Source: Octopus vulgaris
Lineage: Eukaryota
DNA length: 64,000 nucleotides
Assembly (NCBI GenBank): GCA_951406725.2
Contig: OX597832.1
Location: forward strand, 49,042,001-49,106,000
Direction of reading: 5' to 3'
The position numbers were made by a program, and so were the translations under genes. The notes under the pieces were generated by a model. It did not search any database, was not told the DNA's origin, and worked only from the letters and a program-made list of their open reading frames with translations. Below are positions 52,346 through 64,000 of the stretch, piece by piece (position 1 is the first letter of the stretch; the number at the start of each line of letters is the position of its first letter).

Positions 52346-52549
52346 CCCTTCAGCATTTAAACCAGTCATATCAGGCCCAAATATCTTACGGACCTTATGT
52401 TCAAACTGGTCAGATACTGACTCTCCCACCTTCCCTACAATATCATTTTCAAATTCAAAAAATCACGTCATCGAAATCTGAAAATTATGAGATAATCCAT
52501 GATTAATCAAAAACAATGAATTAGACAAAAAAATCTGACTGGTAAAGGG
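52346..52549. mobile_element. piggyBac-like MITE
   Basis: TTAA|ccctt ... aaggg|TTAA. Confidence 0.65.
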
Positions 52550-53199
52550 TTAAAGTTTTGCGTACATGTGCAACTGATCGATCCCTGTTAAACGGGTACG
52601 TTTGGTGACATTTCCGTGTATTTGAAGTTATGTATATTAGGGATCCATGAAAACTGAGGTACATCGCCTCACCATCCAAGGTCTAAATCTGGCCCTGTTT
52701 GCACTTATCTAGGATAAACATAAATTAGTCTGATTAAGTTTCATAAGAGTTGATATGTTAACAGCGTGAATTAATTAATTTACAGAAGAACTGTACAGCT
52801 GTTGGATAAGTACAACTCTAAAGCAAACTTACGTGGACGTGTTTCTAGTGTATATCAGACGTCGCAGATAAGCCACACGCTTTCTCTCTTTTTGAATCTC
52901 TCGCCAAAGCAACAAAATGGTCAGAGTACTTTTAACGATTAGCAAAGCCACGTTATTTCTCTGTTACACATGGCCCTCCTCAAATGAAGAGAGGCGAGGA
53001 TGAGTGTGTGTTTACTAAGAAGACGCATTTGAAAAGTTCCGCTTATATTTCTTTTTATATTACCTTTTTTTTATAGTGATTTTGTAATGACTGTAATGAC
53101 AGAAATATAATTTCGCAAGTCGATCTTGTTCTGGCCCGTTTTGGATATACAAATACACAGCAATACGATAATATCTATTTGTGGAGAGAAAACAGTAAA

Positions 53200-53245
53200 T
53201 GGACTCTGATGAGACGTTAAAAAAGACTGAAACGAAAGTGATCCA
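53200..53245 (+). ncRNA. Degenerate hammerhead remnant
   Basis: tggact-CTGATGA-...-GAA-ac-gaaa-gt-G-atcca. Stem II is lost and the site reads GUG. Confidence 0.3.
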
Positions 53246-53402
53246 GCGTTCTCAGGTTACAGACCGAAAATCCACTGGCTTATCTACTTGGATTACATGT
53301 TGCGCTGAGATTACTGAAGTCAATATTAATCAATCTTTCTCTCACGTCTCTCTCGCTCTCTCTCTCTCTCTCTCATTTTCCCTTTATATATATATATATA
53401 TA

Positions 53403-53441
<39 letters not shown>

Positions 53442-53676
53442 ATATACATTTATATATATTTATATGTTTATATATTATATATGTTATATATATTTGTATG
53501 TTTATATACATTTATAAATATTTATGTTTATATATATATTTTATATGTTATATATATTTGTATGTTATATATATTATATATATATATTATATGTTATATA
53601 TATTTGTATGTTTATATACATTTATATATATTCATATATATGGATGTGTGCGTGTGCGTGTGTATGTATTAATTTA

Positions 53677-53707
<31 letters not shown>

Positions 53708-54312
53708 CATACTCACATACACACACACACACACATACATAAATACATACCATCGCACACAAACGCATAGTCACACGCGTGAAGCAACACACGTGTACAG
53801 TATACAGAAATACAGATAGATAGAGAGACAGAAACATATATATATAATTCATAGATAGATAGTCATAATCATCATTCATAAGCTAAAAAAAGAGACCATA
53901 TCTTATGTAACGTAACAGACTGTTGTGCTACACCACATGTGTCTTGAACGACACACTTCCAAACGTAGGCTCTAGATATATAGATACATCTTCAGAGACA
54001 TACAAAAACACGCATACACACGTTGAACAGATGTTTTTCCATTGATGTAAATTACTTTAATATGGGTTTCCACTTGAAACATACACCGCTTGCATACAGA
54101 AGCGGATTGTAGAGGAACGCACGTGTGAACGTATATATATGTGTTGTGTGTGCACGCGTGTGTGTATCTGTGTTTGCGTGTGTGTGGGTGCGTGTGTGTG
54201 TGTGTATCTGTTTGCGTGTGTGCATGTGTACATGTATGTATGTATATATGCATGTGTGTATGTCTCTTTCTCTCTCTCTCTCTTTCTCCCTCTCTCTCTC
54301 TTTCTCCCCCTC

Positions 54313-54380
<68 letters not shown>

Positions 54381-54699
54381 TACACACGGTCATATCCGCA
54401 GTAACACACATACGTATCGGGCTGTATGTATATTTTTACATCATATTATATTATATAATATCATATATATATATATTATGTATGTATATATATATACATA
54501 TATATGTATATATATTATGTATATATATTATATATATATGTAAATATATATATATATGTATATATATATATAGATATATAGATATATATACATACACACA
54601 CACACATATATATATAATTCGTAATTGTATTTGGTTTGCAAGGCACCCAAACAAGGGACTCGCGATCTTTGACACAGAGCTTTGGCTAAAAACCATTAT

Positions 54700-56065
54700 C
54701 ACTATATCGAACCCATGTCCTCGAAGTATGCAATACACAAGAGCTCAGCTGTATCCCACAATATGAAAATTATTATATTGATAGCTGACTTAGTCAGAAT
54801 AATGAATAACATATTCCCCCCACTCCTGTGTAAACCCTGGGAGAAACAAAAATACACACAAGACTTCATGCATCGCATGCAACTTTTAGAATACAATCAG
54901 GAAGATACGGTCCGTGTACGGGCTAGCATGAAATTTGAAGAGATTGTAAATAAGGTTACCAGTAGAAAACAACCAACATACCGTAGTAAGAATGCATGAC
55001 AAAACGAACAAAAGTAACACATGGTACAATGCCGACAACTTCCAATGGGTGATGTTTGTTGAAGCCACACCATTCAGAGAACTAGCCCGCAGATTTAGAA
55101 AAATCCTGAAGGATACTAAGTTGAACATAAAAGTCATGGAAAATCCAGGGAGATCCATCAGGTTAGTAATATGCAAAACATACCCGTTTAGAAAGACCAT
55201 ATGAACAAAGGAGAACTGTGTAGTGTGCAAATATAGCCCTGGTGTCAACTGCAAAACCAGAAATATAGTTTACTGAATAAACTGCATGGATGGTGATTGT
55301 AAAAACTGGAAGACTGCATACATAAGTGACTGGCGAGAAGTTTGACCGAGCATATAAATGCACAGGGATCGAAGACAAGCATCGATACTCTACTAGCATG
55401 CCAAAGAACAACATAGTGGTCAACTGAACCGGATTAGCATAGAAATCTGTCTAGATACACGAACGACACATCACTACGACAGATACGAGAGTCAGTCTTC
55501 ATAAACAAATTTGAATAGTATATACTCCCAATAGGCAAAGGCCTTACTTTGACCCATGGACGCATGCGCCCAAACACATACGGACACACTCGGACGCATA
55601 GGCATGCTCATACTCACGCACAGAGAGAGGCAACAATTTATTCAACATTTATCAAATAAGGCGGTTTGACTTTCATCGAGAGAAATGTCATATAAATGAA
55701 GTTGTGCGTTTGCGAAAAAAACAAAGGGAAAACCAAAACTGCTATCTTATGTATATGAAAACTGACATCAGTATTTTCTATAAAAAAACCATACACCTAC
55801 GGATGCACACACTTACATATAAACACGCACACATACAGACATAGACACACTCACATACTCATCTCGGACAGATCTCGGGCAAATCCCAACGCTGGAATAT
55901 AAGTTCAAAAGTAATGGAAGTAGAGAGACATGTCACTGAAGAGATTGCAACAATGCGATGAAATAATTATATGAAAGAAATAACAACACAACAATACTGA
56001 ACGATAACAATAAAGGAGCGAACCAGTGCGTGTGTTTATCATTACCTCCCAAGGTTCAATAGTAT
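54700..56065 (+). mobile_element. Decayed Penelope-like element (Naiad-like): RT thumb/linker, Cys-rich motif, GIY-YIG endonuclease and 3' region
   Basis: VMFVEATP..ELARRFR..KVMENPGRSI..YPF, *xxxxCxxC, NIVY*INC...C...AYIS plus frameshifted TARSL, HAKEQH, RQIRESVFI. (TA)n on both sides. Confidence 0.85.
55931..55976 (+). ncRNA. Hammerhead motif in the 3' region of the PLE
   Basis: tca-CTGAAGA-g-attgca-acaa-tgcgat-GAA-ataattat-A-tga. Confidence 0.7.
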
Positions 56066-56150
56066 TTATATATATATATATATAACACAAACATAAGGGA
56101 GTGACCACTATATGGTCGACTCTTGTTTAAAAATAGATCCGCTATACTGA

Positions 56151-56255
<105 letters not shown>

Positions 56256-56909
56256 ATATATAATGCACATATGCATACCTGTACTAACACACACATGTAT
56301 ATATTTTTTGTACGTATATATTTGTCGACATCTCTCTATTTAGATAGATAGATAGATGCTTACAAACGTAGAAACATCATATATAAATGCATACATATAT
56401 ATACTTACTAATTCATGTACATATGCATGTGTGTGTGTGTGAGTGTGTGTGTCTGTGTGTGTGTGTGTGTGTCTGTGTGTGTGCGTGTGTGTCTGTGTGT
56501 TTCTGTGTTTGCGTGTGTGTATATAATTTTTCTATTTTCTGCTTGTTTTACAAGAATCTTAAACCATGTGTCGAAATCTATATTATAGTTGTCCATGGTT
56601 TTTCACTCCCTGAAATATGCATCGTGCGTATAATTTTTCCTCCGTATTGAATAACTTACATGTTTTGTTACACACTCCTTCGCCAAAAATAGCGTCAACA
56701 TCTTAACCTCAACACGTTCTCCCGAAATGCATGAAACAGAGACCAAATCTATTTCAAGCCACTCAGTCATTCTCTGGAAGAAATGACACATTGGAGAACA
56801 TAGCCCTTATATACAAAAACTGTGTAGAATGCCTCTGTAAATTGATCTCTTTACTCACGGACCATATTTTGGTACATAGCACTAATAGCAAAAATTGTAT
56901 AATTGATAT

Positions 56910-57412
56910 TTTGGTTTTGGGTTTGGTTTGCAAGATTCTTTATATGAGTTCGTGTGTTGAAACATGTTCTGTTGTGTCTGGGGACAGTCAGTTTCTTTTA
57001 GTGCCTTATTATTTAACACACTCACCGGTAAAATTTCGGTTTTGGTTTGGTTTGCAAGATTCTTTATATGAGTTCGTGTGTTGAAGCATATTCTGTTGTG
57101 TCTGGGGAGAGTCATTCTCTTTTAGTGCCTTATAATTTAACACACTCACCGGTAAAATTTCGGTTTTGGATTTGGTTTGCAAGATTCTTTATATGAGTTC
57201 GTGTGTTGAAGCATATTCTGTTGTGTCTGGGGAGAGTCATTCTCTTTTAGTGCCTTATAATTTAACACACTCACCGGTAAAATTTCGGTTTGGGATTTGG
57301 TTTGCAAGATTCTTTATATGAGTTCGTGTGTTGAAACATATTCTGTTGTGTCTGGGGAGAGTCAGTTTCTTTTTGTGCCTAATTATTTAACACACTCACC
57401 GGTAAAATTTCC
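56910..57412. repeat. Tandem array of 4 x ~125-bp units
   Basis: caagattctttatatgagttcg at 56931, 57055, 57180 and 57305. Confidence 0.95.
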
Positions 57413-57435
57413 ACTTATTTCATATTTTTATTTTC

Positions 57436-57472
57436 CTAAAATTTTCGTTGCGTCTTGCAACCTTTTCAATAG
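57436..57472 (-). ncRNA. Hammerhead variant with U3-A8 core (family G)
   Basis: cta-TTGAAAA-g-gttgc-aagac-gcaac-GAA-aa-tt-T-tag. Confidence 0.55.
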
Positions 57473-57809
57473 TCTTGAAAATAGTAATTGATAAATATGT
57501 TAAATTCAAAATTCCGTTTGTAATTTCTCATATGGATTATCGTTTTAGATACATTGGTTCGTATGTTCTCAGATTCCACTTTACTTTTTAACTTCAAAGA
57601 TCGAAAGACCAAAGCAGCGACTTGCATCGATTGATATTTCGCTTTGGAAAATTATTTTATCAGTTCCTTTAAAGTAATTTACTGTTTGAGAGATTACCTC
57701 CCTTGAGGCAACATTATATTCAAAGATTTTGGCTTATTGTAAGATACCGTAGGTTTATAGATAAGGAAAAAGAGGATGAGTATGAATGATATTATGTGTG
57801 TGGTGGGGT

Positions 57810-58098
57810 GAGGCATGTGACGTTGTGGTTAGGCGTGCTGCACTCACGATCGCTAGATCGTGGGTTCGATTCCCCGACCGACCGCCACGATGTGTCCTTG
57901 AGTAAAACACTTCATTTCACGTCGCTACAGTCGGCTCAGCTGTAGATAGGTAGACCTGCGACGGACTAGCCTTTCGATGAGGGTGGATGCTGGCCTGCTC
58001 CCTCAGCCAACGGGGTGGCGTCGTTCGAAAGCTAACACGATGCAAAATGCATTGTGACCAGCGATGTGTAACAACATCCGATAGTGTGGTTGATCACG
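57810..58098 (+). mobile_element. tRNA-derived SINE with CORE-like segment and tail type c
   Basis: B box ggttcgattcc, then gtgtccttgagtaaaacact; tail shared with 38060-38190. Confidence 0.8.
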
Positions 58099-58298
58099 CT
58101 GTGTATGTGTGTGCGTGTGGGTGCGTGTGGGTGCGTGTGCGTGTGTGTATGTATGTGTGTGCGCGCGTGAGTGAGTGAATATATATATGTGTGTGTGTGT
58201 ACGTATGTATGTATATATGCGCGTATTCATATATCTAAACATATATATACACACACATACTTACACATATTTACATATATATACACACATACACACCC

Positions 58299-58334
<36 letters not shown>

Positions 58335-58357
58335 GGGGGGGAGAGGAAGATGGATAA

Positions 58358-58478
<121 letters not shown>

Positions 58479-58479
58479 A

Positions 58480-58905
58480 ATGGTAAGACGATAAAAGAAT
58501 GAAAGAGACCTCGATATTATGTAAATAAAATAATTTATCTGTAAATATAATGTGCGACAATTATTCGGTAGCCATGATAAAAATCCGAGTTTCGGATGTC
58601 GGGGCAGAAACACACACCGCCATCTCTTCAGTTATCCGGCCATGGAAAAAGTGCTATGAAAATGCTGTAATTTTCTCCAAAAGTTTCTTAGAATATAGTT
58701 CCCTTGATGGTATAGGTATGTTTTTCATAGAATAATCGATGTAGTAGGCGTCCATATTGAACTCTTCAGCGGGGCAGAGCCCTCGACCGATTTTCATAGC
58801 ACTTTTTCGATGGCCGGATAACTGAAGAGATGGCGGCGTAGGTTTCCACCCCGACATCCGAAACTCGGAGTCTTATCATGGCTACCGAATAATTGACACA
58901 TATTA
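58480..58905 (-). mobile_element. PLE fragment: ORF N-terminus between two inverted hammerhead-bearing repeats
   Basis: Arms 58551-58662 and 58789-58902 are inverted. The spacer encodes (minus strand) YYIDYSMKNIPIPSRELYSKKLLEKIT, an N-terminal motif I recognise from marine-invertebrate PLEs. Confidence 0.75.
58817..58877 (+). ncRNA. Apparently intact type I hammerhead ribozyme (family F)
   Basis: gataa-CTGAAGA-gatg..catcc-GAA-act-cgg-agt-C-ttatc. GUC site after 58872. Confidence 0.8.
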
Positions 58906-59758
58906 TATATATATTGTGAAACGTACATGGTACGGAAATGTTTATATGGGTGTTTATCTTTATTTCCACGACTTACGCTCTGTATATCAGAACTACCAAC
59001 ACTGTTGAGTACAATGGTTAACTAACCACTGTACCGGAAGCCGTCTAGATGATGATAATCAACGTGGAGCTCAAACTCATACAACAGCATTCCTACTTCT
59101 AACTGTACACGCAAGACATCTATACACACACACACACTTTCCCGCTCGCTCTCTCGCATATGTAAACGTAGTTTAAGATTCCGTGTACATTTGCTAGAGA
59201 AGCATAGAAGCATGTCCTCTTCAACGTGATTGACTGCTGACTTTTGCACTCATTGTACGTACGTGGTTCCCTGGCAGAATACGTAATACATTATCTGTCG
59301 TACTTACAAGTAGGACCAGTTCTTTCATTGAAATGCTTAATGTTACGTCGCAGTGAATTGACCGAGTTTTCTAAGAAATGTTATCGATCTGCCAGATCGC
59401 ATTATTTAAATTGAAATCACTGCAGGGTTCTAAATGCGCTAGATGAAGAGGACACGATATTTTATATTGTTTCAGTGTGAGCTCCTTCAGCACGTAAAAG
59501 TTAGTGGTTTTCTAAATATACCATTTCATACAAAGGACTATCTCTCTGGTTGGTAATCGACGTCTTTATGTTCATGCTGGTACTTATGTGAATGGCATCT
59601 TTTATGGTGGAATATATCGATATCTTTATAGGGCAATGGCACTGGAATGTGGTGAATTATTGAATTAAGTCATTGTGCTGCACTTAAGAATGACTGTATA
59701 TGTATGTGTAGTATACATATGTGTGTGTGCGTGTGTCTGTGTGTGTGTGTGTGTAGAT

Positions 59759-59825
<67 letters not shown>

Positions 59826-59858
59826 CAGATAAACAGACAGACAGACATACATACAGAC

Positions 59859-59934
<76 letters not shown>

Positions 59935-59936
<2 letters not shown>

Positions 59937-60345
59937 GTTTCTTTATTGGCCACACAGGGCTGCACACAGATGGGACAAGTTACAAGGTATAGCTTTTCTT
60001 TTGGGGGATGAAAAAAACAAAAAACAAAAGAAACAAAAAAAAGGGGTGGCGTATGTTTTCGATCAAGAGGCATCGTAAAAGGGAAGAAAAGAAAGAATAA
60101 AAAAATAAAAATAAAAAAAGAAGAAAAGGAAAAGGAACAAAAGAAAAGAGAAATGAAAAAAGAAGAAAAAAGGGGAAAAAAGGGGAAGAGGAAAAAAAAC
60201 GATCAATAGAGATCGTGTATCACAGTGTTATGATATATGGTGTAAAGGGGAAAGCAAGTAAGGTTTATCCGTGGGAAGAAAAGCCTACGAAAAAGACCAC
60301 AGTAACCTTGGTCAATATTGTTATATGTTACCACATTTGTTTGCA
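59935..60345 (-). mobile_element. Retroelement 3' region abutting (GATA)n, tail related to SINE group B
   Basis: tttctttattggccacacagggctgcacacagatgggac resembles the SINE B end tttctttattgcccacaaggggctaaacatagaggggac. Confidence 0.5.
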
Positions 60346-60487
60346 AGTGGGTAACACTCTGTTTTCAATTTCTGGGTTCATAGGATTATGCTCAAGGTGG
60401 CTTCGTCATTCATACGTGCCATCCTTGCTACATTCACCCATCTTTTTTAAAACATTCGCTAGACAAAACTTGCCTCTCTACTCTCAC

Positions 60488-60568
<81 letters not shown>

Positions 60569-61061
60569 TGTATTATGTATGCATGCATGTATGTATGAAT
60601 TGTGTGTAATATGCATGTATGCGTACATGTATGTGTATGTACATACGTGTACATGTATGCATGTATATGAGCATTTGTATGAACGTGTGTATGTATGTGT
60701 GTGTCAGTATGATTGTATGTATGTACATATGCGTGCATGTACGTATGTATCTAGCAATCCGTGCATGTATGTATAGATATATGTGTGTGTGTGTGTGTTT
60801 GTGTGTGTGTGTTTTATATCCTGGTGTTGGATATATAATTTAACAAAGCAGGGGCAAAGGAAAGTATTCACACAACGCCATACGATTGCTATTACACGAG
60901 GTTAACCGCTCCCTGCCAACGGCTCACAGTAAACTGCTGCCAGTTACTCATTTTATAGCAACGTGTCAGTGCACTTTTAGTCACATGGGGGTAGCTGGAA
61001 TACTTCCACGACAGTATGTATATATATGCTTGTGCGTTTGCACGTATGTATGCATGTGTCG

Positions 61062-61320
61062 AAGGCGCACAGCCTAGTGGTTAGAGCGATGCACTCACGG
61101 CCGCGAAGTCTTGGTTTCAGTTCTTGGACTGGATGGTGTGGTGTGTTCAAGCAAAAAACTCCATCTCACGATACTCGGTGATCACTTCGTCACCTGACGC
61201 GTGGCACACCGTGCACCTGTTTAGGCAACGTCGATTTGATGGAGGGAGGGAGCTAATGTGCCGCACAGACATTTGATCACCGTAAACAAATCGTTTGCGC
61301 AAGCGGTTTCAGCAAAATAT
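61062..61320 (+). mobile_element. Old tRNA-derived SINE with another tail type
   Basis: gaaggcgcacagcctagtggttagag head, degraded. Confidence 0.6.
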
Positions 61321-61533
61321 TGCATATCCATCTTTCTCGGACTACGAGAAACTATAAGCCTACATCATGTATGTATGTGTGTATGTGTGTGTTTGTCTGT
61401 CTGTCTGTATGTATTATGTATGTATGTATGTGTGTCTGTATATATGTATGTGTGTATGTATGTATATGTGTCTGTCTGTATGTATGTATGTATGTGTGTC
61501 TATGTAATGTACGTATGTGTGTGTGTGTCGCGC

Positions 61534-61604
61534 GGTGTGGGATTCGAACCCGCGATCCCTCGACCGCGAGTCCGCTGCTCTAACCAATAGGCCACTTGCC
61601 TCCA
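61534..61604 (-). mobile_element. Isolated SINE tRNA-like head
   Basis: ggaggcaagtggcctattggttagagcagcggactcgcggtcgagggatcgcgggttcgaatcccac. Confidence 0.8.
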
Positions 61605-61621
61605 CACACACACACACACAT

Positions 61622-61930
<309 letters not shown>

Positions 61931-62586
61931 TATATATATATATATATATATTAAACAATATGTGAGCGCTTGTGCGCGCGTATGTGTGTCCAATTTGCTT
62001 TTACCACTTTTTAACAGCATTTCGCTGGAGGCTTATTACGTCATATCTTCTCATATAATGTTTTCTAAGAATCTGACAATTTACATACTACTTTGTTATG
62101 CCATGTATATTAAATATTCAATTTTACAAAATGGCTTCTTATTTTTATTCCATCAGATAGACGAAATGAATAACAATGATACTCCAAAGGAGAGCGTAAT
62201 CAAAAGAAACCTGTATCTGTCATCGAGCCAATAACAAATGTATTCTTACAGTGATTTCGGTAGATTTGTCGCGTTGGTACAATGCCAGGTGTTTTGTGAG
62301 AGCATGTAGTCTAATCAAACGACGCAGTACTTTTAAGGACGCTTATTATATCGATCGCAAAATGACGAATGGCAAAGTGGATTTTGGGCGGGATTTCAAG
62401 TCAAAGGATAAAAGGACTTAACTAAAGACCACACAGAATTTAGAGAGTTTCTATGACCGCATTCTTAGTAAAGTCAACACTTCGCAAATACTAACGACAC
62501 CAAAAGTTATTGTGATGACGGTAAAGTCCTTAACTATATCAAAAGCAGTTTTGCCTATAACAGGTACAACGACTATTATAACAGCA

Positions 62587-63020
62587 GAGATGCAATGGCC
62601 AAGTGGTTAGGACAGCGGACTCGTGGTCGTAAGAACGTGGTTTCGATTCCCAGACCGGGCATTGTGAGTGTTTATTGAGCAAAAATATCTAAGTTCCACG
62701 AGGCTCCGGCGGGGGTTAGTGGTGAACCCCGCTGTACTCTTTCACCACAACATTCTCTCACCCTTTCTTCCTACTTCTGCTACGAAGCAGAGGAACCATG
62801 GTGTAACCCACTATAGTGTGGTAAACTTTCAGACCCTAGTCGAGATTGCGAATCCTCTGTACCCCATGATGGTTCAGCTCTCCACCCGTTAAAAGCCACC
62901 GTTTACCGAATGAGGATAACAACGTAGCTTTCACGACCGTGCAACCGCCAGTCTATCGCCTGTGTTGGGTAGATCTTCAAGTTGCCACACGTATTCTTAG
63001 TAGCTTAGAGTAGGCTCGAA
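62587..63020 (+). mobile_element. SINE group A, tail type e (3' limit uncertain)
   Basis: Group A head and body to ~62780, then a different sequence. Confidence 0.7.
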
Positions 63021-63067
63021 TTAGAAATTATTCTTTGAAGCTAATGGAGTGAGGCCATGATTGGAAG

Positions 63068-63195
63068 AAGGATGAAAGGCAAAGTCGACCTCGACGGAAT
63101 TTGAACTCAGAACGTAATGGCAGACAAAATACGGCTACGCATTTCGCCCGGCATGCTAACGTCTCTGCCAGCTCGCTGCCTTAGTAATGATAATG

Positions 63196-63238
<43 letters not shown>

Positions 63239-64000
63239 TTATAAATTTTTATTATTATTATTATTATCCTTTCTAATATAGGCACCTTAAGAGGAGTTGG
63301 GTGGTAGATTACATCAAAGATTCTGCCAGCTCACTGCCTTTAATAATATTTTCTACTAAAGGTACAAAACCTGAAATTTAGGGGGAGGGGACTAGTCAAT
63401 TGCATCTGCCCTAGTGGTTCACTGGTACTTAATTTATCGACCCCGAAAGAATGAAAGGCAGAATTTGAAAACAGAGAGAGGAAAAGCAAGGACAGACAAA
63501 CGGATTAAGTCGATTATATCGACTCCAGTGTGTAACTGGTACTTAATTAATCGAACATGAAAGGCAAAGACAACCTCGGCGGAATTTGAACTCAGAACGT
63601 AGCGGCAGACGAAATACCTGTTTCTTTACTACCCACAAGGGGCTAAACACACAGAGGACAAACAAGGACAGACAAACGGATTAAGTCGATTATATATGAC
63701 CCCAGTGCGTAACTGGTACTTATTTAATCGACCCCGAAAGGATGAAAGGCAAAGTCGACCTCGGCGGAATTTGAACTCAGAACGTAGCAGCAGACGAACT
63801 ACCTATTTCTTTACTACTCACAAGGGGCTAAACACAGAGAGGACAAACAAGGACAGACAAACGGATTAAGTCGATTATATCGACCCCAGTGCGTAACGGG
63901 TACTTATTTAATCGACCCCGAAAGAATGAAAGGCAAAGTCGACCTCGGCGGAATTTGAACTCAGAAGGTAGCAGCGGACGAAATACCTGTTTCTTTACTA
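63068..64000 (-). mobile_element. SINE group B cluster including a tandem multimer (~185-bp period) running off the window end
   Basis: Unit junction gaaatacct at 63611, 63796 and 63980. Confidence 0.92.

Noticed and set aside
55690-55745. SECIS candidate starting atgaagttgtgcg
   Set aside because: AUGA-to-AA spacing and helix II pairing do not fit the SECIS consensus by eye.

Overview
AT-rich eukaryotic, repeat-saturated DNA. The SINE families and the heavy (TA)n/(CA)n/(CATA)n/(GATA)n content match what I recognise from Octopus genomes (inference, no search run). I found no intact host protein-coding gene, rRNA, tRNA or CRISPR array; almost all listed ORFs are microsatellite artefacts. The window holds three abundant tRNA-derived SINE groups, decayed RTE, CR1-group, Dong-like and Penelope-like (PLE) retroelements, several Tc1/mariner remnants, a piggyBac-like MITE, a 16 x 150-bp tandem array, a 4 x 125-bp array and several long fold-backs. 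Most striking is a dense set of about 19 minimal type I hammerhead-ribozyme motifs from about 10 sequence families. Most sit on short microsatellite-flanked PLE/retrozyme-like elements, and some families have recurrent non-canonical cores (U at position 6; U3-A8 in place of C3-G8; an extra base between A9 and stem II). Also notable: a Naiad-like PLE with an in-frame TGA at a zinc-finger Cys position (possible selenocysteine), three separate templated insertions, and a SINE that moves as precise head-to-tail multimers. All structures were folded by eye and coordinates may be off by a few bases.
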